Numbered from the stretch's first letter, positions 1 through 12,710 are shown. The stretch: DNA of 64,000 nt from an uncultured Candidatus Entotheonella sp. (GCA_965215335.1 CBDCDA010000002.1:512001-576000), one strand, 5' to 3'. The notes: a model not told the origin generated them from the sequence alone. Translations and numbers: made by a program.

Positions 1-1234
1 TGTAAGCCAGATCGCCGCTGCGTATCCAACCGCCGCGGTTTTTTTCGGCGGTGGCTTCGGGGTTCTTGTAGTACTCGGGCGTATCGTCGGCAGTGGTGGA
101 CCTGTAGACGAGCTCGCCGGTCTCGCCGGCCGGCAATTCGTTGTCATCGTCGTCCACCACGCGCATGTCGTAACCGCCGATGGGCTTGCCCATGGCGCCC
201 ACTTTGCCGCTGGCCTTGGCATCGGCGTTGAGCATGAACCCACCCTCGGTTTGCGCATAGAGCTCGACGATGCGTACCCCAAAACGTTTCTCGAAAGTCT
301 CCCAGATCGCGGGCGGCGCCGCGGCGCTCAGCGCGATGCGCATGGGATTGTCGTGATCGTCGGGGCGCGGCGGTTGCTTGGCGAGAATGGGAATCATGGC
401 GCCGAGAAACAGCGTGTAGGTGGCGCCATAAGCGCGCACGTCGTCCCAGAATCGGCTGGCGCTGAAGCGTTCGGCCATCGCCGCGGCAGTGTCGCTGACC
501 AGGGCCATCCACACCATGTTCTGCCCGCCGACGTGGAACAGCGGCAAGGTATTGTACACCACATCGTCTGCCGCGTAGCCCGTCACGATGGGGAGGACGA
601 AGCCCCCGTAGCAACGGCCGTGGCGGTGGATGACGCCCTTCGGCAGGCCGGTGGTGCCGGACGTGTACATGATGGAATCCATGTCGTCGGACCCCACGGC
701 CTGCATGGGGCTCGTGGCGGGAGCGGTGAGCAGGTCGGCAAAGTCGATCGCACCAGCCGGTGGACCGTCGAATGCTGCGGCGTCCTCGGCCACCACGATC
801 AGGTTCTTGAGGTTGTGCAGACCGCCGCGCACCGCCTCCAGCGCAGGCACGTAGCGACGGCTCAGCACCAGCGTTTCCGCATCCGAGTGGTTGACCAGGT
901 AGGCCAGTCCCTCCCCCTTGAGTGCCGTGTTCAGCGGCACCGTGACGCCACCCAGCTTGGCGTTGCCCCACCACGTGTAAAGAAACTCCGGGATGTTCGG
1001 CAACATCAGGCAGACCTTGTCGCCCTTGCCCACCCCGAGGGCTTCCAGCGCATTGCCCACGCGGTTGACCCGTTCGTCGAGCTGGGCGTAGGTGATGCGC
1101 TCGTGGGGCGTCATGAGCGCCACCTTGCCAGCGTTCACGCGGCACTTGTCTTCCAGAATCTTGCCAAAACTCTCCCACGACTCGTCCATGCTGTTCCACA
1201 CTTCGGCAATCCTGGCCTGCACGTCATCTGACAC
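1..1234 (-). CDS. AMP-binding acyl-CoA ligase (CaiC-like), truncated by the left window edge
   Basis: Manual translation (absent from the ORF track): GTG start after GGAGG; motifs IMYTSGTTGLPKGV and ELYAQTEGG. Confidence 0.85.
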   Translation of the reverse strand, partial: MSDDVQARIAEVWNSMDESWESFGKILEDKCRVNAGKVALMTPHERITYAQLDERVNRVGNALEALGVGKGDKVCLMLPNIPEFLYTWWGNAKLGGVTVPLNTALKGEGLAYLVNHSDAETLVLSRRYVPALEAVRGGLHNLKNLIVVAEDAAAFDGPPAGAIDFADLLTAPATSPMQAVGSDDMDSIMYTSGTTGLPKGVIHRHGRCYGGFVLPIVTGYAADDVVYNTLPLFHVGGQNMVWMALVSDTAAAMAERFSASRFWDDVRAYGATYTLFLGAMIPILAKQPPRPDDHDNPMRIALSAAAPPAIWETFEKRFGVRIVELYAQTEGGFMLNADAKASGKVGAMGKPIGGYDMRVVDDDDNELPAGETGELVYRSTTADDTPEYYKNPEATAEKNRGGWIRSGDLAY

Positions 1235-1877
1235 GTTTGATTCCTCCAATGTCCGCGGCCGGGATCGGCGGCCCGGCTGGCGATTTCGACTGCCAGCGCT
1301 GTAGCTCGGCGACGTACTCTTCCTGGTAATCCATGTCCCGCAGAATGTCGTCGCTTTCGATCGGAAGCTCCAGCGTATCGTGCGGGTAGCCACGCGTCAC
1401 CACGTTGAGCCCCTGATCGGACGTCAGGGCCAGCACCGCCGGGCGGTACGCCGCCGCCAGCAGCAAGGGATGGCCGCGCTTGCCCTGCCAGACGGGAATG
1501 ATCAGGCCCTTACGGGTGCGGGTATGAGCCGCCACCAGCTGCTGAATGACCGGGAGACCGATCTGCGGTTGATCGACGAGCGCCAACAGGTAGGCATTCG
1601 GCACGGGGTCGAGCGCGCGCAGGGCGACCTGTACGGAAGACGTCATGCCGAACCGATAATCCGCATTGTACAACAGTCGAACGGGCAAGGATTCCAGCAC
1701 GGCGGCGATCTCGCCGCCGCGGTGCCCCAGGACAACGGCCACTTCCGACAGATCGGCGCTCAAAAGGGGTTGCAGAACCTGCTCGATGACCGTGCGGGAG
1801 CCAAACGGAAGCAGGGCTTTCAGTTGCCCCATGCGGCGGGATTCTCCGGCGGCCAGCACCACCCCCGCGACGCGCAT
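1224..1877 (-). CDS. Nucleotidyltransferase, MocA-like molybdenum cofactor cytidylyltransferase
   Basis: VLAAGESRRMGQLKALL, LVDQP and GKRGHP motifs; coupled to moeA. Confidence 0.85.
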   Translation of the reverse strand: MRVAGVVLAAGESRRMGQLKALLPFGSRTVIEQVLQPLLSADLSEVAVVLGHRGGEIAAVLESLPVRLLYNADYRFGMTSSVQVALRALDPVPNAYLLALVDQPQIGLPVIQQLVAAHTRTRKGLIIPVWQGKRGHPLLLAAAYRPAVLALTSDQGLNVVTRGYPHDTLELPIESDDILRDMDYQEEYVAELQRWQSKSPAGPPIPAADIGGIKRVR

Positions 1878-3115
1878 CAGTCCAGCTGGCCGGCTACGTA
1901 CGGTTCGGTCTCGGGATGATCCAGCAGGATGGCGCTCACCGTCTCGCCGGCGGCGAATGGCTCGGCGCGTTGGGGCAGCACCAGCAGGCCGTTGGCGCCG
2001 ACCATCGACAGCAGCCGCGCCGAGGATTGCATCCCGGTGCTGCGCGCCGTGAAGCCCTGTGACGTGCGCGTGAGGTGCACCCGGTGAAATTCGGGCCGCC
2101 AGGCGTCACCCCGGATCTCGGCCGCCAGTGTCACGGGCACCCGGGGACGCAGGACATGATGGTGACCGGCCATGTGCAGCAGGGCGGGCCGCACGAAAAG
2201 CTCGAACGCTACCAGTGACGATACCGGAAAGCCGGGCAGCGCGAAGACCGGCTTGTCGGCCACCGTGGCAAAGGTGAGCGGCTTGCCGGGCTTCATGTTG
2301 ACGCGCCCGAAGTGCACCCGACCGATGGTTTCGAGAAGAGGCTTGATGAGGTCCAGCTTGCCCATCGAAACGCCGCCCGAGGTGACCAGCGTGTCGCAAG
2401 TCGCCAAACCCTGCATGATCTTGTCGCGCAACACCTCTTGCATGTCACTGCCGATGCCGAGCGAAACGGCCTCCGCGCCGGCATGCCGCACCGCGGCCAT
2501 GAGCGTATAGCGGTTGCTGTCGCGAATCTGTCCGGGGCCGGGGCTGGCGTCGGGCTCGACGATCTCGTTGCCGCTGGACAGCACCGCCACGCGCGGCCGC
2601 GGGTGCGCGAGGACGACGATGCGGCCGAGGCTGGCAAGCAGGCCGATCTCCTGCGGCCCCAGACGCGTGCCGGCTTGCAAAACCTCCTGCCCCCTAGCGA
2701 TGTCCTGCGCCACCGGACGCACCTCGGCGTTCGGCCTGACCTCTTGATGCAGGGTCACCATGCCCCGCGCCTCCTCGGTGTACTCCACCATGATTACCGC
2801 ATCGGCACCCGGCGGCATCGGGGCGCCTGTCGTGATGCGCACACAGGTGCCGGGCTCGACACGCAGGCCGGCCACGTAGCCGGCAGTCTGCTCGCCGACC
2901 AGGCGGCGCGGGTTGGTCGTGTCGGCGGCAATCACCGCGAAGCCGTCCTTGATGCTGCACGGAAACGGCGGCAGGTCCTCGGTGGCCCGGATGTCCTCGG
3001 CCAAGATCAGGTCCAGCGCGTCAAACGTCAAGACGGTCCGCGGGGCCAGCCGCGGTGTCTGCTTGAGGACGATGTCCAGGGCCATATCGGGTTCGATCGT
3101 GTCGTAATCACGCAT
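1877..3115 (-). CDS. moeA: Molybdopterin molybdotransferase MoeA
   Basis: DGFAV, RITTGAPMPPGADAV, SSGNEI, TSGGVSMG, KPGKP and LPGFPVS motifs. Confidence 0.95.
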   Translation of the reverse strand: MRDYDTIEPDMALDIVLKQTPRLAPRTVLTFDALDLILAEDIRATEDLPPFPCSIKDGFAVIAADTTNPRRLVGEQTAGYVAGLRVEPGTCVRITTGAPMPPGADAVIMVEYTEEARGMVTLHQEVRPNAEVRPVAQDIARGQEVLQAGTRLGPQEIGLLASLGRIVVLAHPRPRVAVLSSGNEIVEPDASPGPGQIRDSNRYTLMAAVRHAGAEAVSLGIGSDMQEVLRDKIMQGLATCDTLVTSGGVSMGKLDLIKPLLETIGRVHFGRVNMKPGKPLTFATVADKPVFALPGFPVSSLVAFELFVRPALLHMAGHHHVLRPRVPVTLAAEIRGDAWRPEFHRVHLTRTSQGFTARSTGMQSSARLLSMVGANGLLVLPQRAEPFAAGETVSAILLDHPETEPYVAGQLD

Positions 3116-3271
3116 AAAAGTCGTTCACTTTCGATTGCAGGTCGAGGCGTGGGAGTCAGCCTTCCGTATCCCTGTAAGACGGGCGCGTATTGTCAGCCAA
3201 TGTCCCGTGGCTCGTCAACCCAAAAGGCTACTCGTGTCAGGTCCGAGCAGGTCCGCCACCGGCGCCGAGGG

Positions 3272-3995
3272 TCACCGGCAACCCCGCCACATCTCCGGGG
3301 CACCAAAGCCGGGACGCCACGTCGGGTGATAGCACTCGTCGGAGACCACCAGGAGCGCCGCTACCTCGCAACCGCGGTAGGCCGCCACCTCCATGCCAAC
3401 CGCCTGCACCCCGGCGGCCTGAAAACCGGCGATCTTGTCAGATGTTTCGCGGTACGGCGCATCCGTGGTCCACAGACGGCCTTGCTTGACACGCAGGCTT
3501 TGACGGTCCGCCTCCTCGTGAAGCAGAGCCACCACCGCCGCCGTGGGTTCGACCCCGGCGGGCAGATAGTGGTACGATGCGCCCTCCTCCCGGACCGCCT
3601 GCTGCAGGATGAACAGGTCGCCGATGCTGAGCGTCGGAGCCAATGCGCCGCAAAAGCCGAGATACAGAGACCGCCGGGCGCCGAGTGCGACCAACTGCTC
3701 CAGCAGCATCACTGCCATGGGCGCCCCGATGGGCGACGCCAGGGTGGAAAACGCCCGGCCCGCCGGATTGTACCACGCCTGCCGCATGATCGGCTGCGGC
3801 TGCGGCGCGGGCAGCTCCAGATGCCGCAGCAGCCGATACTGCAACACCGGGATGAAGGTCAGCGGGACAACCCGCCGCACGTCGAGGTCCGGCAGGCTCA
3901 GCCCCGTATTGCGCCAGCACGTGGGCCAGGAAATCCTCGGGCTCGATGCGTGAGGTCGGCTCGGCAGACAGGAACTGATCGGGCGTCAATGGCAA
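3272..3995 (-). pseudogene. Nucleoside phosphorylase (PNP/UDP family), frameshifted
   Basis: IGAP, GFCGAL, REEGASYHY, WTTDAPYRET and LLVVSD motifs; the N-terminus is in another frame and joins if one base of the C4 run at 3902-3905 is removed. Confidence 0.7.
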
Positions 3996-4131
3996 TGCCT
4001 TTGGGTTTGATGCTAGGATTTCGCCTTCCCAAGCACAGGGGCGTGACACGCGAGCGCCCGCGTGACGAGCCGCCGCGGCTCGGACGTCTGTCACGTCTCC
4101 ACGACTTACCCCATTTCACGAGGAATACGTC

Positions 4132-4647
4132 ATGACCCAGCCTGTGGTAACAGTTGTCATGGGCAGCGCCTCCGATTGGCCGATCATGCAGAGCGCCGCG
4201 GAAATGCTGGACCGCTTTCAAGTACCGTACGAGGTGACGATCAGTTCGGCGCACCGCGCCCCGCAGCGCACCGGGGCGTTGGCGCGCGGCGCCGCCGCGC
4301 GGGGCGTCAAGGTCATCATTGCCGGCGCCGGCGGGGCCGCCCATCTTGCCGGGGTGGTCGCCGCCGAAACTACGCTGCCGGTTATCGGCGTCCCCATTGA
4401 TTCGTCGTCCCTGCAAGGGCTCGACGCCCTTCTCGCCACCGTGCAGATGCCGCGCGGCGTACCGGTAGCCACGGTCGCTATCGGCAAGGCAGGAGCGGCC
4501 AATGCCGGCGTGCTGGCGGCGCAGGTCGTTGCGCTGACGGCGCCGGATGTCTCCGAACGCCTGTGGCGCTACAAGGCCGAACTGGCCGCCAGCGTCGAGA
4601 AAGCCGCCGCAACCCTGCAGACGCAATTGGCGGAAAGCCGCCCATGA
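4132..4647 (+). CDS. purE: N5-CAIR mutase PurE
   Basis: MGSASDW, SAHRAP, AGAGGAAHLAG and QMPRGVPVATVAIG motifs. Confidence 0.97.
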   Translation: MTQPVVTVVMGSASDWPIMQSAAEMLDRFQVPYEVTISSAHRAPQRTGALARGAAARGVKVIIAGAGGAAHLAGVVAAETTLPVIGVPIDSSSLQGLDALLATVQMPRGVPVATVAIGKAGAANAGVLAAQVVALTAPDVSERLWRYKAELAASVEKAAATLQTQLAESRP

Positions 4648-5318
4648 CGCGCTGCGCCAAGATTGATCCGCATTGCCCGTCCGGAACGGTGCTTGAGGAC
4701 GCCGCCGCCGTACTGTGGCGCGGCGGCAGCGTGGCCTACCTGACGGATACCGTCTACGGCTTGGCGGTGGACACCCGGCAGCCGCAAGCCATCGCCGGCC
4801 TGTATGCCCTCAAGGGCCGCTCGTCCGATAAAGCCGTCCCGCTGATCATCGGCGCGCCGGCGCAGCTCTCGGACGTTGCCGTCGCCCTGCCGCCGTGCGC
4901 CGAAGTGCTCATGGCAGCGTTCTGGCCCGGCCCGCTCACCCTACTGCTGCCGCCGCATCCAGACCTGCTGGCCCCGCTGCTCGGCAATACCGGGCGCATC
5001 GGCGTGCGCTGGCCAGACTCACCGCTCAGCCAAGCGCTCGCGCTGCGCGCCGGCAGCGCCATTACCGCCTCCAGCGCCAATCGTGCCGACGCCGCCGCCG
5101 CTTTGAACGCCGCCGAGGTGGAAGCGCAACTCGCCCCGGACGTCGATCTGATTCTTGACGCCGGCACCGCCCACAACCCGCAGGTTTCGACTGTCCTCGA
5201 TATCACCGTCGAGCCGCCGCGCATGATCCGCACCGGCAGGATTTCACAGGTAGAGATCGAATCCGTACTGGGTTCCGGCATCCTGACGAACCGCCCGGAA
5301 AAAGGCCGAAAGGCTTGA
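4644..5318 (+). CDS. tsaC: L-threonylcarbamoyladenylate synthase (TsaC/YrdC)
   Basis: TDTVYGL, LKGR, FWPGPLTL and SSAN motifs; ATGA overlap with purE. Confidence 0.9.
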   Translation: MTRCAKIDPHCPSGTVLEDAAAVLWRGGSVAYLTDTVYGLAVDTRQPQAIAGLYALKGRSSDKAVPLIIGAPAQLSDVAVALPPCAEVLMAAFWPGPLTLLLPPHPDLLAPLLGNTGRIGVRWPDSPLSQALALRAGSAITASSANRADAAAALNAAEVEAQLAPDVDLILDAGTAHNPQVSTVLDITVEPPRMIRTGRISQVEIESVLGSGILTNRPEKGRKA

Positions 5319-5343
5319 CACTATTGGAAACAACTCGTATAGT
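5315..5343 (+). promoter_or_regulatory. Sigma70-type promoter upstream of rho
   Basis: TTGACA-N17-TATAGT. Confidence 0.8.
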
Positions 5344-5844
5344 CTCGCCCAATTCACCTCACAATGAGCCCCGCAGAGGTTGCTTCAACACTACGCTGCC
5401 CTGACTTCCGCAGCGGTCGGCCTATCCGATACAGGGTTCCATTGCACGAACAACCAGCCATCCCAAAGCCATACGACGAAGGGGTTGATATCCTCTGCCG
5501 AGCGTAAGGGTTTTTCTCCGTAAGGCATCGTGCTTACCTGCGACACAATGAATGCCCTGCCCAAGGGATGCGGGCCGTCGTGCGCAGCGTCGTTGAGCGC
5601 AGTCGTGCAACGGCCCCCATTCATTCTTGACCTTGGCGTTCATGGATTCCATGGCGGTGTCCCTTGCTTGTCCGATGCCGCACACCGTCAAGGGTTTCAC
5701 CAACTCATATGAGGAGTGCCGGTTTAATGGCGTACTGTTGTTGTAGCTGCGGGGGCAGTAACCGACGACAAAAAATCCTAACGTGGGCGTGCCCCAAAAA
5801 CATGCATGCGACTATTGCGACTATATGGAGGTTGGGACGATATC

Positions 5845-7140
5845 ATGGGCGCTGAGAACAATCCTGACATTCCGGCCTTCAACAAAGGGCGCTTGAACAT
5901 CGTTGAACTGAAAGAGATGACCATTGCCGAGCTCTCCGCTGTGGCCAAGCAGCTCCACGTGGGCGGAGCCAGCGGTTTACGCAAGCAGGAATTGATCTTC
6001 AAGATTCTGGAAGCCCAGACAGAGAAGAACGGCTTGATCTTCGGCGAGGGCGTTCTGGAAATCCTGCCCGACGGCTTCGGATTCCTGCGGGCGCCCAGCT
6101 ACAACTATCTGCCCGGGCCGGATGACATCTATGTCTCACCCTCGCAGATACGCCGCTTCGACCTCCATACCGGCGACACCATCTCCGGTCAGGTCAGGCC
6201 GCCCAAGGAAAGCGAGCGCTACTTCGCCCTGCTCAAGGTCGAGGCGATCAATTTCGAAAACCCCGAGATGGCCAAGGACAAGATTCTCTTCGACAACCTC
6301 ACGCCGCTCTATCCCGACGCCCGCATTCATCTCGAAACCGGTCCCACCGAAACCTCCACTCGGATCATGGACCTGCTGACGCCCATCGGCAAGGGCCAGC
6401 GCGGCCTCATCGTGGCGCCGCCGCGCACCGGCAAAACCATGCTCCTGCAATCGATTGCCCACAGCGTGACGCGCAACCATCCGGAGATCGTCCTGATCGT
6501 GTTGCTGATCGACGAGCGCCCGGAGGAAGTTACCGACATGCAACGTTCGGTCAAAGGCGAAGTGGTGAGTTCGACCTTCGATGAGCCTGCCACCCGCCAC
6601 GTGCAGGTGGCCGAAATGGTGATTGAAAAAGCCAAACGCCTGGTCGAGCACAAGCGTGACGTGGTGATTCTGCTCGACAGCATCACCCGCTTGGCGCGTG
6701 CCTACAACACCATCGTGCCGCCAAGCGGCAAGGTGCTCTCCGGCGGTGTGGATTCCAACGCCCTGCAAAAGCCGAAACGCTTCTTCGGCGCCGCCCGTAA
6801 CATCGAGGAGGGCGGCAGCCTGACCATCATCGCCACAGCCTTGGTCGATACCGGCAGTCGCATGGACGAGGTCATCTTCGAGGAGTTCAAGGGCACCGGC
6901 AACATGGAAATCCACCTCGACCGCCGTCTGGTTGACAAGCGGGTCTTCCCGGCTATCGACGTCAACCGCTCCGGTACCCGCAAGGAAGAGTTGCTGCTTG
7001 ATGACTACGAGCTCAACCGCGTGTGGGTGCTGCGCAAGGTCCTGAACCCCCTGAATACGGTCGATAGCATGGAATTGCTGATCGACAAGGTCAAAGAGAG
7101 CCAGACGAATGGCGATTTTCTCCGCTCGATGAACAGCTGA
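5845..7140 (+). CDS. rho: Transcription termination factor Rho
   Basis: [42 protein letters not shown] and EEFKGTGN motifs; GGAGG RBS before ATG 5845. Confidence 0.99.
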   Translation: MGAENNPDIPAFNKGRLNIVELKEMTIAELSAVAKQLHVGGASGLRKQELIFKILEAQTEKNGLIFGEGVLEILPDGFGFLRAPSYNYLPGPDDIYVSPSQIRRFDLHTGDTISGQVRPPKESERYFALLKVEAINFENPEMAKDKILFDNLTPLYPDARIHLETGPTETSTRIMDLLTPIGKGQRGLIVAPPRTGKTMLLQSIAHSVTRNHPEIVLIVLLIDERPEEVTDMQRSVKGEVVSSTFDEPATRHVQVAEMVIEKAKRLVEHKRDVVILLDSITRLARAYNTIVPPSGKVLSGGVDSNALQKPKRFFGAARNIEEGGSLTIIATALVDTGSRMDEVIFEEFKGTGNMEIHLDRRLVDKRVFPAIDVNRSGTRKEELLLDDYELNRVWVLRKVLNPLNTVDSMELLIDKVKESQTNGDFLRSMNS

Positions 7141-7213
7141 GAAAGCCCGCCGGCGACTTCCCGCCTTGCCGAACGCCATCCGTTCATTGGCTGTCCAGAG
7201 CCAGGAGAAAAAC

Positions 7214-7423
7214 ATGAAACCGGACATTCATCCCGGATACATTGAAACGACGATCACCTGCGCCTGCGGCAACACGTACGCGACGCGCTCCACCGTTCCC
7301 GACCTGCGTGTGGCCATCTGCTCCAAATGCCATCCGTTCTTTACCGGACGGCAGCGTTTGGTCGACACGGCCGGTCGGGTTGAGAAGTTCCAGCGCAAGT
7401 ACGGTCGGAAGCCCATCGAATAA
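7214..7423 (+). CDS. rpmE: 50S ribosomal protein L31 (Zn-binding form)
   Basis: MKPDIHP, CACG...[19 protein letters not shown]. Confidence 0.98.
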   Translation: MKPDIHPGYIETTITCACGNTYATRSTVPDLRVAICSKCHPFFTGRQRLVDTAGRVEKFQRKYGRKPIE

Positions 7424-7444
7424 GCCGGACGCAGGACGGATCGC

Positions 7445-8533
7445 ATGTTCGACAAGTTGGAGTCCATCGTCCAACGGCACAACGAACTGGACGGCTTTCT
7501 GAGTGACCCGGCGGTCCTTGCCGACCCGGAAAAACGACGCACCTACGCCAAGGAACAAGCCGAGTTGCGGCCCATCGTGGCCACCTATCAGACTTATCAG
7601 GCCGCCCGACGGGACTTGCAGGAGTATCAGGAACTGCTGGCCGGTGAGGACCCGGCGGGCGACCTCGCCGCTTCCATCCGCGACGAAATCGGCGCCTTGA
7701 AATCCCGCTTGGAAATGCTGGAAGAGGACTTGCGCCTCCTGCTGCTGCCGCGCGACCCGCACGACGACCGCGGCGTGATCATGGAAATACGGGCCGGTAC
7801 CGGCGGCGATGAAGCCGCGCTGTTCGCCGGCGACCTGTTCCGCATGTATGGCCGCTACGCCGAATCCCAGCGCTGGCGGGTCGAGGTGCTGAGCGCCAAT
7901 CCGACCGAAACCGGCGGCCTGAAGGAAGTCATCGCCTCGGTCGCCGGCCAGCAGGTGTACGGCAAGCTGAAATGGGAAAGCGGCACCCATCGCGTGCAGC
8001 GCGTGCCGACCACCGAAACGCAGGGCCGCATCCACACCTCCGCGGTTACGGTCGCCATCCTGCCCGAGGCTGAGGAGGTGGATATCGATATCGACCCGGC
8101 CAGCTTGCGCATCGACGTGTTTCGCTCGTCCGGCCCCGGCGGCCAGAGTGTCAACACCACGGACTCCGCCGTGCGGGTGACCTATGAGCCGAAAGACCGC
8201 AAGGACCTGCGTATCGTGGTGACCTGCCAAGACGAAAAATCTCAGCACAAGAACCGCGCCAAGGCGCTCAAAGTACTGCGCGCCCGCCTGCTCGACCTCC
8301 TTGAGAGCGAACACCAGGCGCAACTTTCCGAACAACGGCGCGCGCAGATCGGCAGCGGGGACCGCAGCGAACGCATCCGCACCTACAACTTTCCGCAGAG
8401 CCGCATCACCGACCATCGGATCCAGCTCACCCTCTACAGATTGGAACAGGTGATGGAAGGAAACCTCAGCGAACTGATCGAGGCCCTGTCCCTCGCCGAC
8501 CGCGCGGCAAAATTGGAAGCCGCAGCGCAGTGA
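7445..8533 (+). CDS. prfA: Peptide chain release factor 1
   Basis: [10 protein letters not shown] (PxT motif), [18 protein letters not shown]. Confidence 0.98.
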   Translation: MFDKLESIVQRHNELDGFLSDPAVLADPEKRRTYAKEQAELRPIVATYQTYQAARRDLQEYQELLAGEDPAGDLAASIRDEIGALKSRLEMLEEDLRLLLLPRDPHDDRGVIMEIRAGTGGDEAALFAGDLFRMYGRYAESQRWRVEVLSANPTETGGLKEVIASVAGQQVYGKLKWESGTHRVQRVPTTETQGRIHTSAVTVAILPEAEEVDIDIDPASLRIDVFRSSGPGGQSVNTTDSAVRVTYEPKDRKDLRIVVTCQDEKSQHKNRAKALKVLRARLLDLLESEHQAQLSEQRRAQIGSGDRSERIRTYNFPQSRITDHRIQLTLYRLEQVMEGNLSELIEALSLADRAAKLEAAAQ

Positions 8534-9408
8534 GCCGGGGACTCCACCCGATTTTGCAGAACGCTGCACGGCGCCTGGAGCGGCGGCAAGTTGACGAGCC
8601 GTTGGCCGACGCTGAAGTCCTCCTTGCCGATGTCTTGACGCTGCCGCGCCTGAATCTCTATATTGACGCCCATCGCTCCCTCAGTGACGCGCAGCATCAC
8701 GCCTATCTGGCCTATATTTGTCGCCGGATGCAGGGCGAGCCGGTGCAATACATTACGGGCAAGCAGGAGTTCCGCTCTCTCACCTTCGAGGTCAATCCTC
8801 ACGTCCTCATTCCGCGTCCGGAGAGTGAGCTGCTGGTCGAGCACGGGGCGCGCTGGGCAAGACAGTGGGCACAACAACACGGGACAGCAGAACTACGGTG
8901 TCTGGACGTGGGCACCGGCAGCGGCAACCTGGGGATCAGTCTGTTGCACGAGTTGCCGGGGTGCAGCGTATACGCGGTCGATTCCAGCTTGGCGGCCCTG
9001 AAGGTTGCAAGGCGCAACGCACGGCAACTGGGCGTCCCCGACCGGTGGGCCGGGCTATGCGGGGATCTGCTGGAGCCGCTGCTATCCGATCCACCATGCT
9101 TTGCCGTGTGTGTGGCGAACCTGCCCTACGTCACCGCCGCTGAGTGGCGGGCATTGCCGCCACACGTCAAGGACCACGAACCCGCCGCCGCGTTACTGGG
9201 CGGCGCGGACGGCCTGGACGTGATTCGCCGCCTGATTGCCACTGCACCGGCCGTGCTGGCACCGCTGGGCATGCTGCTTCTGGAAGTCGGTTGGCAGCAA
9301 GCCGAGGCCGTGGTAGCTCTCATGCGGCAGACGGCGCGGTTCGAGACCACCGGGGCTCATCAGGACTTTGCCGGGACCGACCGCGTGGTGTGGGGTCGTA
9401 TGCCGTAG
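8530..9408 (+). CDS. prmC: Release factor glutamine methyltransferase
   Basis: [21 protein letters not shown]; follows prfA. Confidence 0.95.
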   Translation: MSRGLHPILQNAARRLERRQVDEPLADAEVLLADVLTLPRLNLYIDAHRSLSDAQHHAYLAYICRRMQGEPVQYITGKQEFRSLTFEVNPHVLIPRPESELLVEHGARWARQWAQQHGTAELRCLDVGTGSGNLGISLLHELPGCSVYAVDSSLAALKVARRNARQLGVPDRWAGLCGDLLEPLLSDPPCFAVCVANLPYVTAAEWRALPPHVKDHEPAAALLGGADGLDVIRRLIATAPAVLAPLGMLLLEVGWQQAEAVVALMRQTARFETTGAHQDFAGTDRVVWGRMP

Positions 9409-9499
9409 CCATTGGATCGTCAGTCGCAGGATCTCGTCACGCCGTACAAGCTTGAATTTTTCGTCCATGACATGTGCGTGCTAACAAGGAGTCGTTCGT

Positions 9500-10087
9500 A
9501 TGGAACGCCAAAGCACCATCCATCGCCGAACCGCCGAAACCGATATTCAGGTTTCGCTCGACCTCGACGGCAGCGGGGTCTATGCCGTGCAAACCGGCAT
9601 CCCCTTCCTCGACCACATGCTGAGCATGGTGGCCCGACACGGCTTTTTCGATCTGGAAATCTCCGCCTCCGGCGACCTCGCCGTCGATTACCACCACACG
9701 GTCGAAGACGTGGGCATCTGCCTCGGTCAGGCCTTCCACCAAGCCATGGGAAGCAAGCAGGGTCTGCGACGCTACGCCTCGGCGAGCGTACCGCTGGAAG
9801 AAACCCTGGCGAGCGTCGTGGTCGACTTCTGCGACCGGCCTTACCTGGTCTACAACGTCGACGCCCCGCCGGGACGCATCGGCACCTTCGACGTGGAGCT
9901 GGTCGAAACGTTCTTCCTGGGATTCGCCAGCCACAGCCGCGCCACGCTGCACTGCAACCTGCACTACGGCCGCAATCGCCACCACGTCGCCGAAGCCGTG
10001 TTCAAAGCCTTCAGCCGCGCAGCCGACGAGGCGACGATCTTGGACACCCGCCTCGCCGGGCTGTTGACCACCAAGGACGCTTTCTGA
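9500..10087 (+). CDS. hisB: Imidazoleglycerol-phosphate dehydratase
   Basis: TGIPFLDHML, DYHHTVED, NRHHVAEA. Confidence 0.97.
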   Translation: MERQSTIHRRTAETDIQVSLDLDGSGVYAVQTGIPFLDHMLSMVARHGFFDLEISASGDLAVDYHHTVEDVGICLGQAFHQAMGSKQGLRRYASASVPLEETLASVVVDFCDRPYLVYNVDAPPGRIGTFDVELVETFFLGFASHSRATLHCNLHYGRNRHHVAEAVFKAFSRAADEATILDTRLAGLLTTKDAF

Positions 10088-10099
10088 CGGGAATCGCAC

Positions 10100-10789
10100 A
10101 TGCTGGCCATCGTGGACTACGGCAGGGGCAACCTGAGAAGCGTGCAAAACGGCTTCCGCCAAATCGGCGTCACCGCCCAGGTAAGCGGTGACCCGGAGAC
10201 GATTGCGAAGGCGGAAGGCGTCGTCTTTCCCGGCGTTGGCGCCTTTCGCGACTGTATGCAGAACCTCGCCACTCGCGGCCTGGACGAAGCGCTGCGTGAA
10301 GTCATCCGGGGCGGCAAGCCGGTGCTGGCGATCTGCGTGGGCATGCAGACCCTGTTGTCCGAGAGCGAAGAGTTCGGCACCACACCGGGCCTGGACATCG
10401 TGGCGGGCCAGGTGCGCCGCTTTCCACAGCCGGCACCCAACAGTTCGCCATGCGACAGCACCTCGCAGCGTCAACCGCCGTGGCTGGTGCCCACCTCGCC
10501 AGGCGCCGCGCGCCAGCGCCTCAAAGTGCCGCACATGGGCTGGAACCAACTGCGCCTGCACCGCCCCTGCCCGCTCCTGGACGGTGTTCCCGAACATGTC
10601 TACACCTACTTCGTGCACTCCTACTACGCCATCCCGGCCGAGCCCGCGGTGGTGGTCGCCTCCACGGCTTACGGGGTCGAATTTGCCTCGGTGCTGTGGC
10701 GTGATAATCTGTACGCTACCCAGTTTCACCCCGAAAAGAGCCAGACGTGGGGCCTGCGCATCCTGCGCAACTTTGCCCATCTGCTATAG
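10100..10789 (+). CDS. hisH: Imidazole glycerol phosphate synthase, glutaminase subunit
   Basis: DYGRGNL, PGVGAF, ICVGMQ, YFVHSY, QFHPEKS. Confidence 0.97.
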   Translation: MLAIVDYGRGNLRSVQNGFRQIGVTAQVSGDPETIAKAEGVVFPGVGAFRDCMQNLATRGLDEALREVIRGGKPVLAICVGMQTLLSESEEFGTTPGLDIVAGQVRRFPQPAPNSSPCDSTSQRQPPWLVPTSPGAARQRLKVPHMGWNQLRLHRPCPLLDGVPEHVYTYFVHSYYAIPAEPAVVVASTAYGVEFASVLWRDNLYATQFHPEKSQTWGLRILRNFAHLL

Positions 10790-10803
10790 GAACGCGACCG
10801 CCG

Positions 10804-11597
<794 letters not shown>

Positions 11598-11601
<4 letters not shown>

Positions 11602-12710
11602 CCGGAAACCCACATCACCTCAAACACCTCGCACTGGCCGTAGCGATCAGTCTTTTGGCCCTGCTGGCCGGGGCGCATGCACAGGACGCCTCGGACCACG
11701 TGCCCAGCCTGCCGGACACGCCCGACAACTATGCTGACGTGCCCTTGCCCCGGCACCTGGCCGTCATTCAGACCAATATCCCCAAGGACAACCCGATCAC
11801 CGACCACGGCGCCACCCTCGGGCGCGTGCTGTTTTACGACAAGCGCCTGTCGGCCAACAACACCACGGCCTGCGCCGCGTGTCATCTGCAAGAATACGCC
11901 TTTTCCGACCCCGAGCAGTTCAGCACCGGATTTGCCGGCATCAAGACGCCGCGAAACGCCATGGGGCTGGCCAACGGGCGCTTCTTTCAGGCCGATCATT
12001 TCTTCTGGGACGCACGCGTCAGCACCCTGGAAGAACTCATCCTGCTGCCGATCCAGAGTCCCATCGAGATGGGCAGCACGCTTGAGGAAGCCGTGGCCAA
12101 AGTGGCCGCCGCACCTTTTTATCCGCCGCTGTTCGGCAAGGCGTTCGGCACCCCCGAGGTCACCCCGGAACGCATCGCCAAGGCGGTGGCGCAATTCCTA
12201 CGCGCCATGGTGTCCTATCAGTCCAGGTACGATGAGGGCATCCGCACCGACTTTCGCAATTTCACCCCGCAGGAGTATTTCGGCCTGCAACTGTTCGAGA
12301 AGCAGGCGTTTCGCTGTGTACGCTGTCACATGACGGATACGCAAATCCTGAATTTCCCGCGCAACAACGGGCTCGACGTGGTGTATGCCGACAAGGGCGT
12401 CGGGTCGATTACCGGCGACGGCTTCGACCACGGCCGCTTCAAGCCGCCGTCCCTGCGCAACGTGGCGCTCACCGGACCGTACATGCACGACGGTCGGTTT
12501 GCCACCTTGCAGGACGTGCTGACGCATTACAGCTCCGGCATCCAGTCGCACGAGAACCTCGACCCCTTCCTGCCGGAAAAGGGCGTGAACCTGACCGCCA
12601 GGCAACGCGACGCCATCGAGGCTTTCCTGCACACCCTGACCGACCAGGCGTTTATCAACGACCCGAAATTTTCAGACCCGTTCGCCAAGCCGCGAAAGAA
12701 ACACCGCTAA
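11598..12710 (+). CDS. Exported di-heme cytochrome c peroxidase/MauG family protein
   Basis: Signal peptide; [17 protein letters not shown] and CVRCH heme motifs; [19 protein letters not shown]. Confidence 0.9.

Noticed and set aside
3116..3271. Possible Moco riboswitch upstream of moeA
   Set aside because: Could not match the consensus elements; only a weak promoter-like sequence is present
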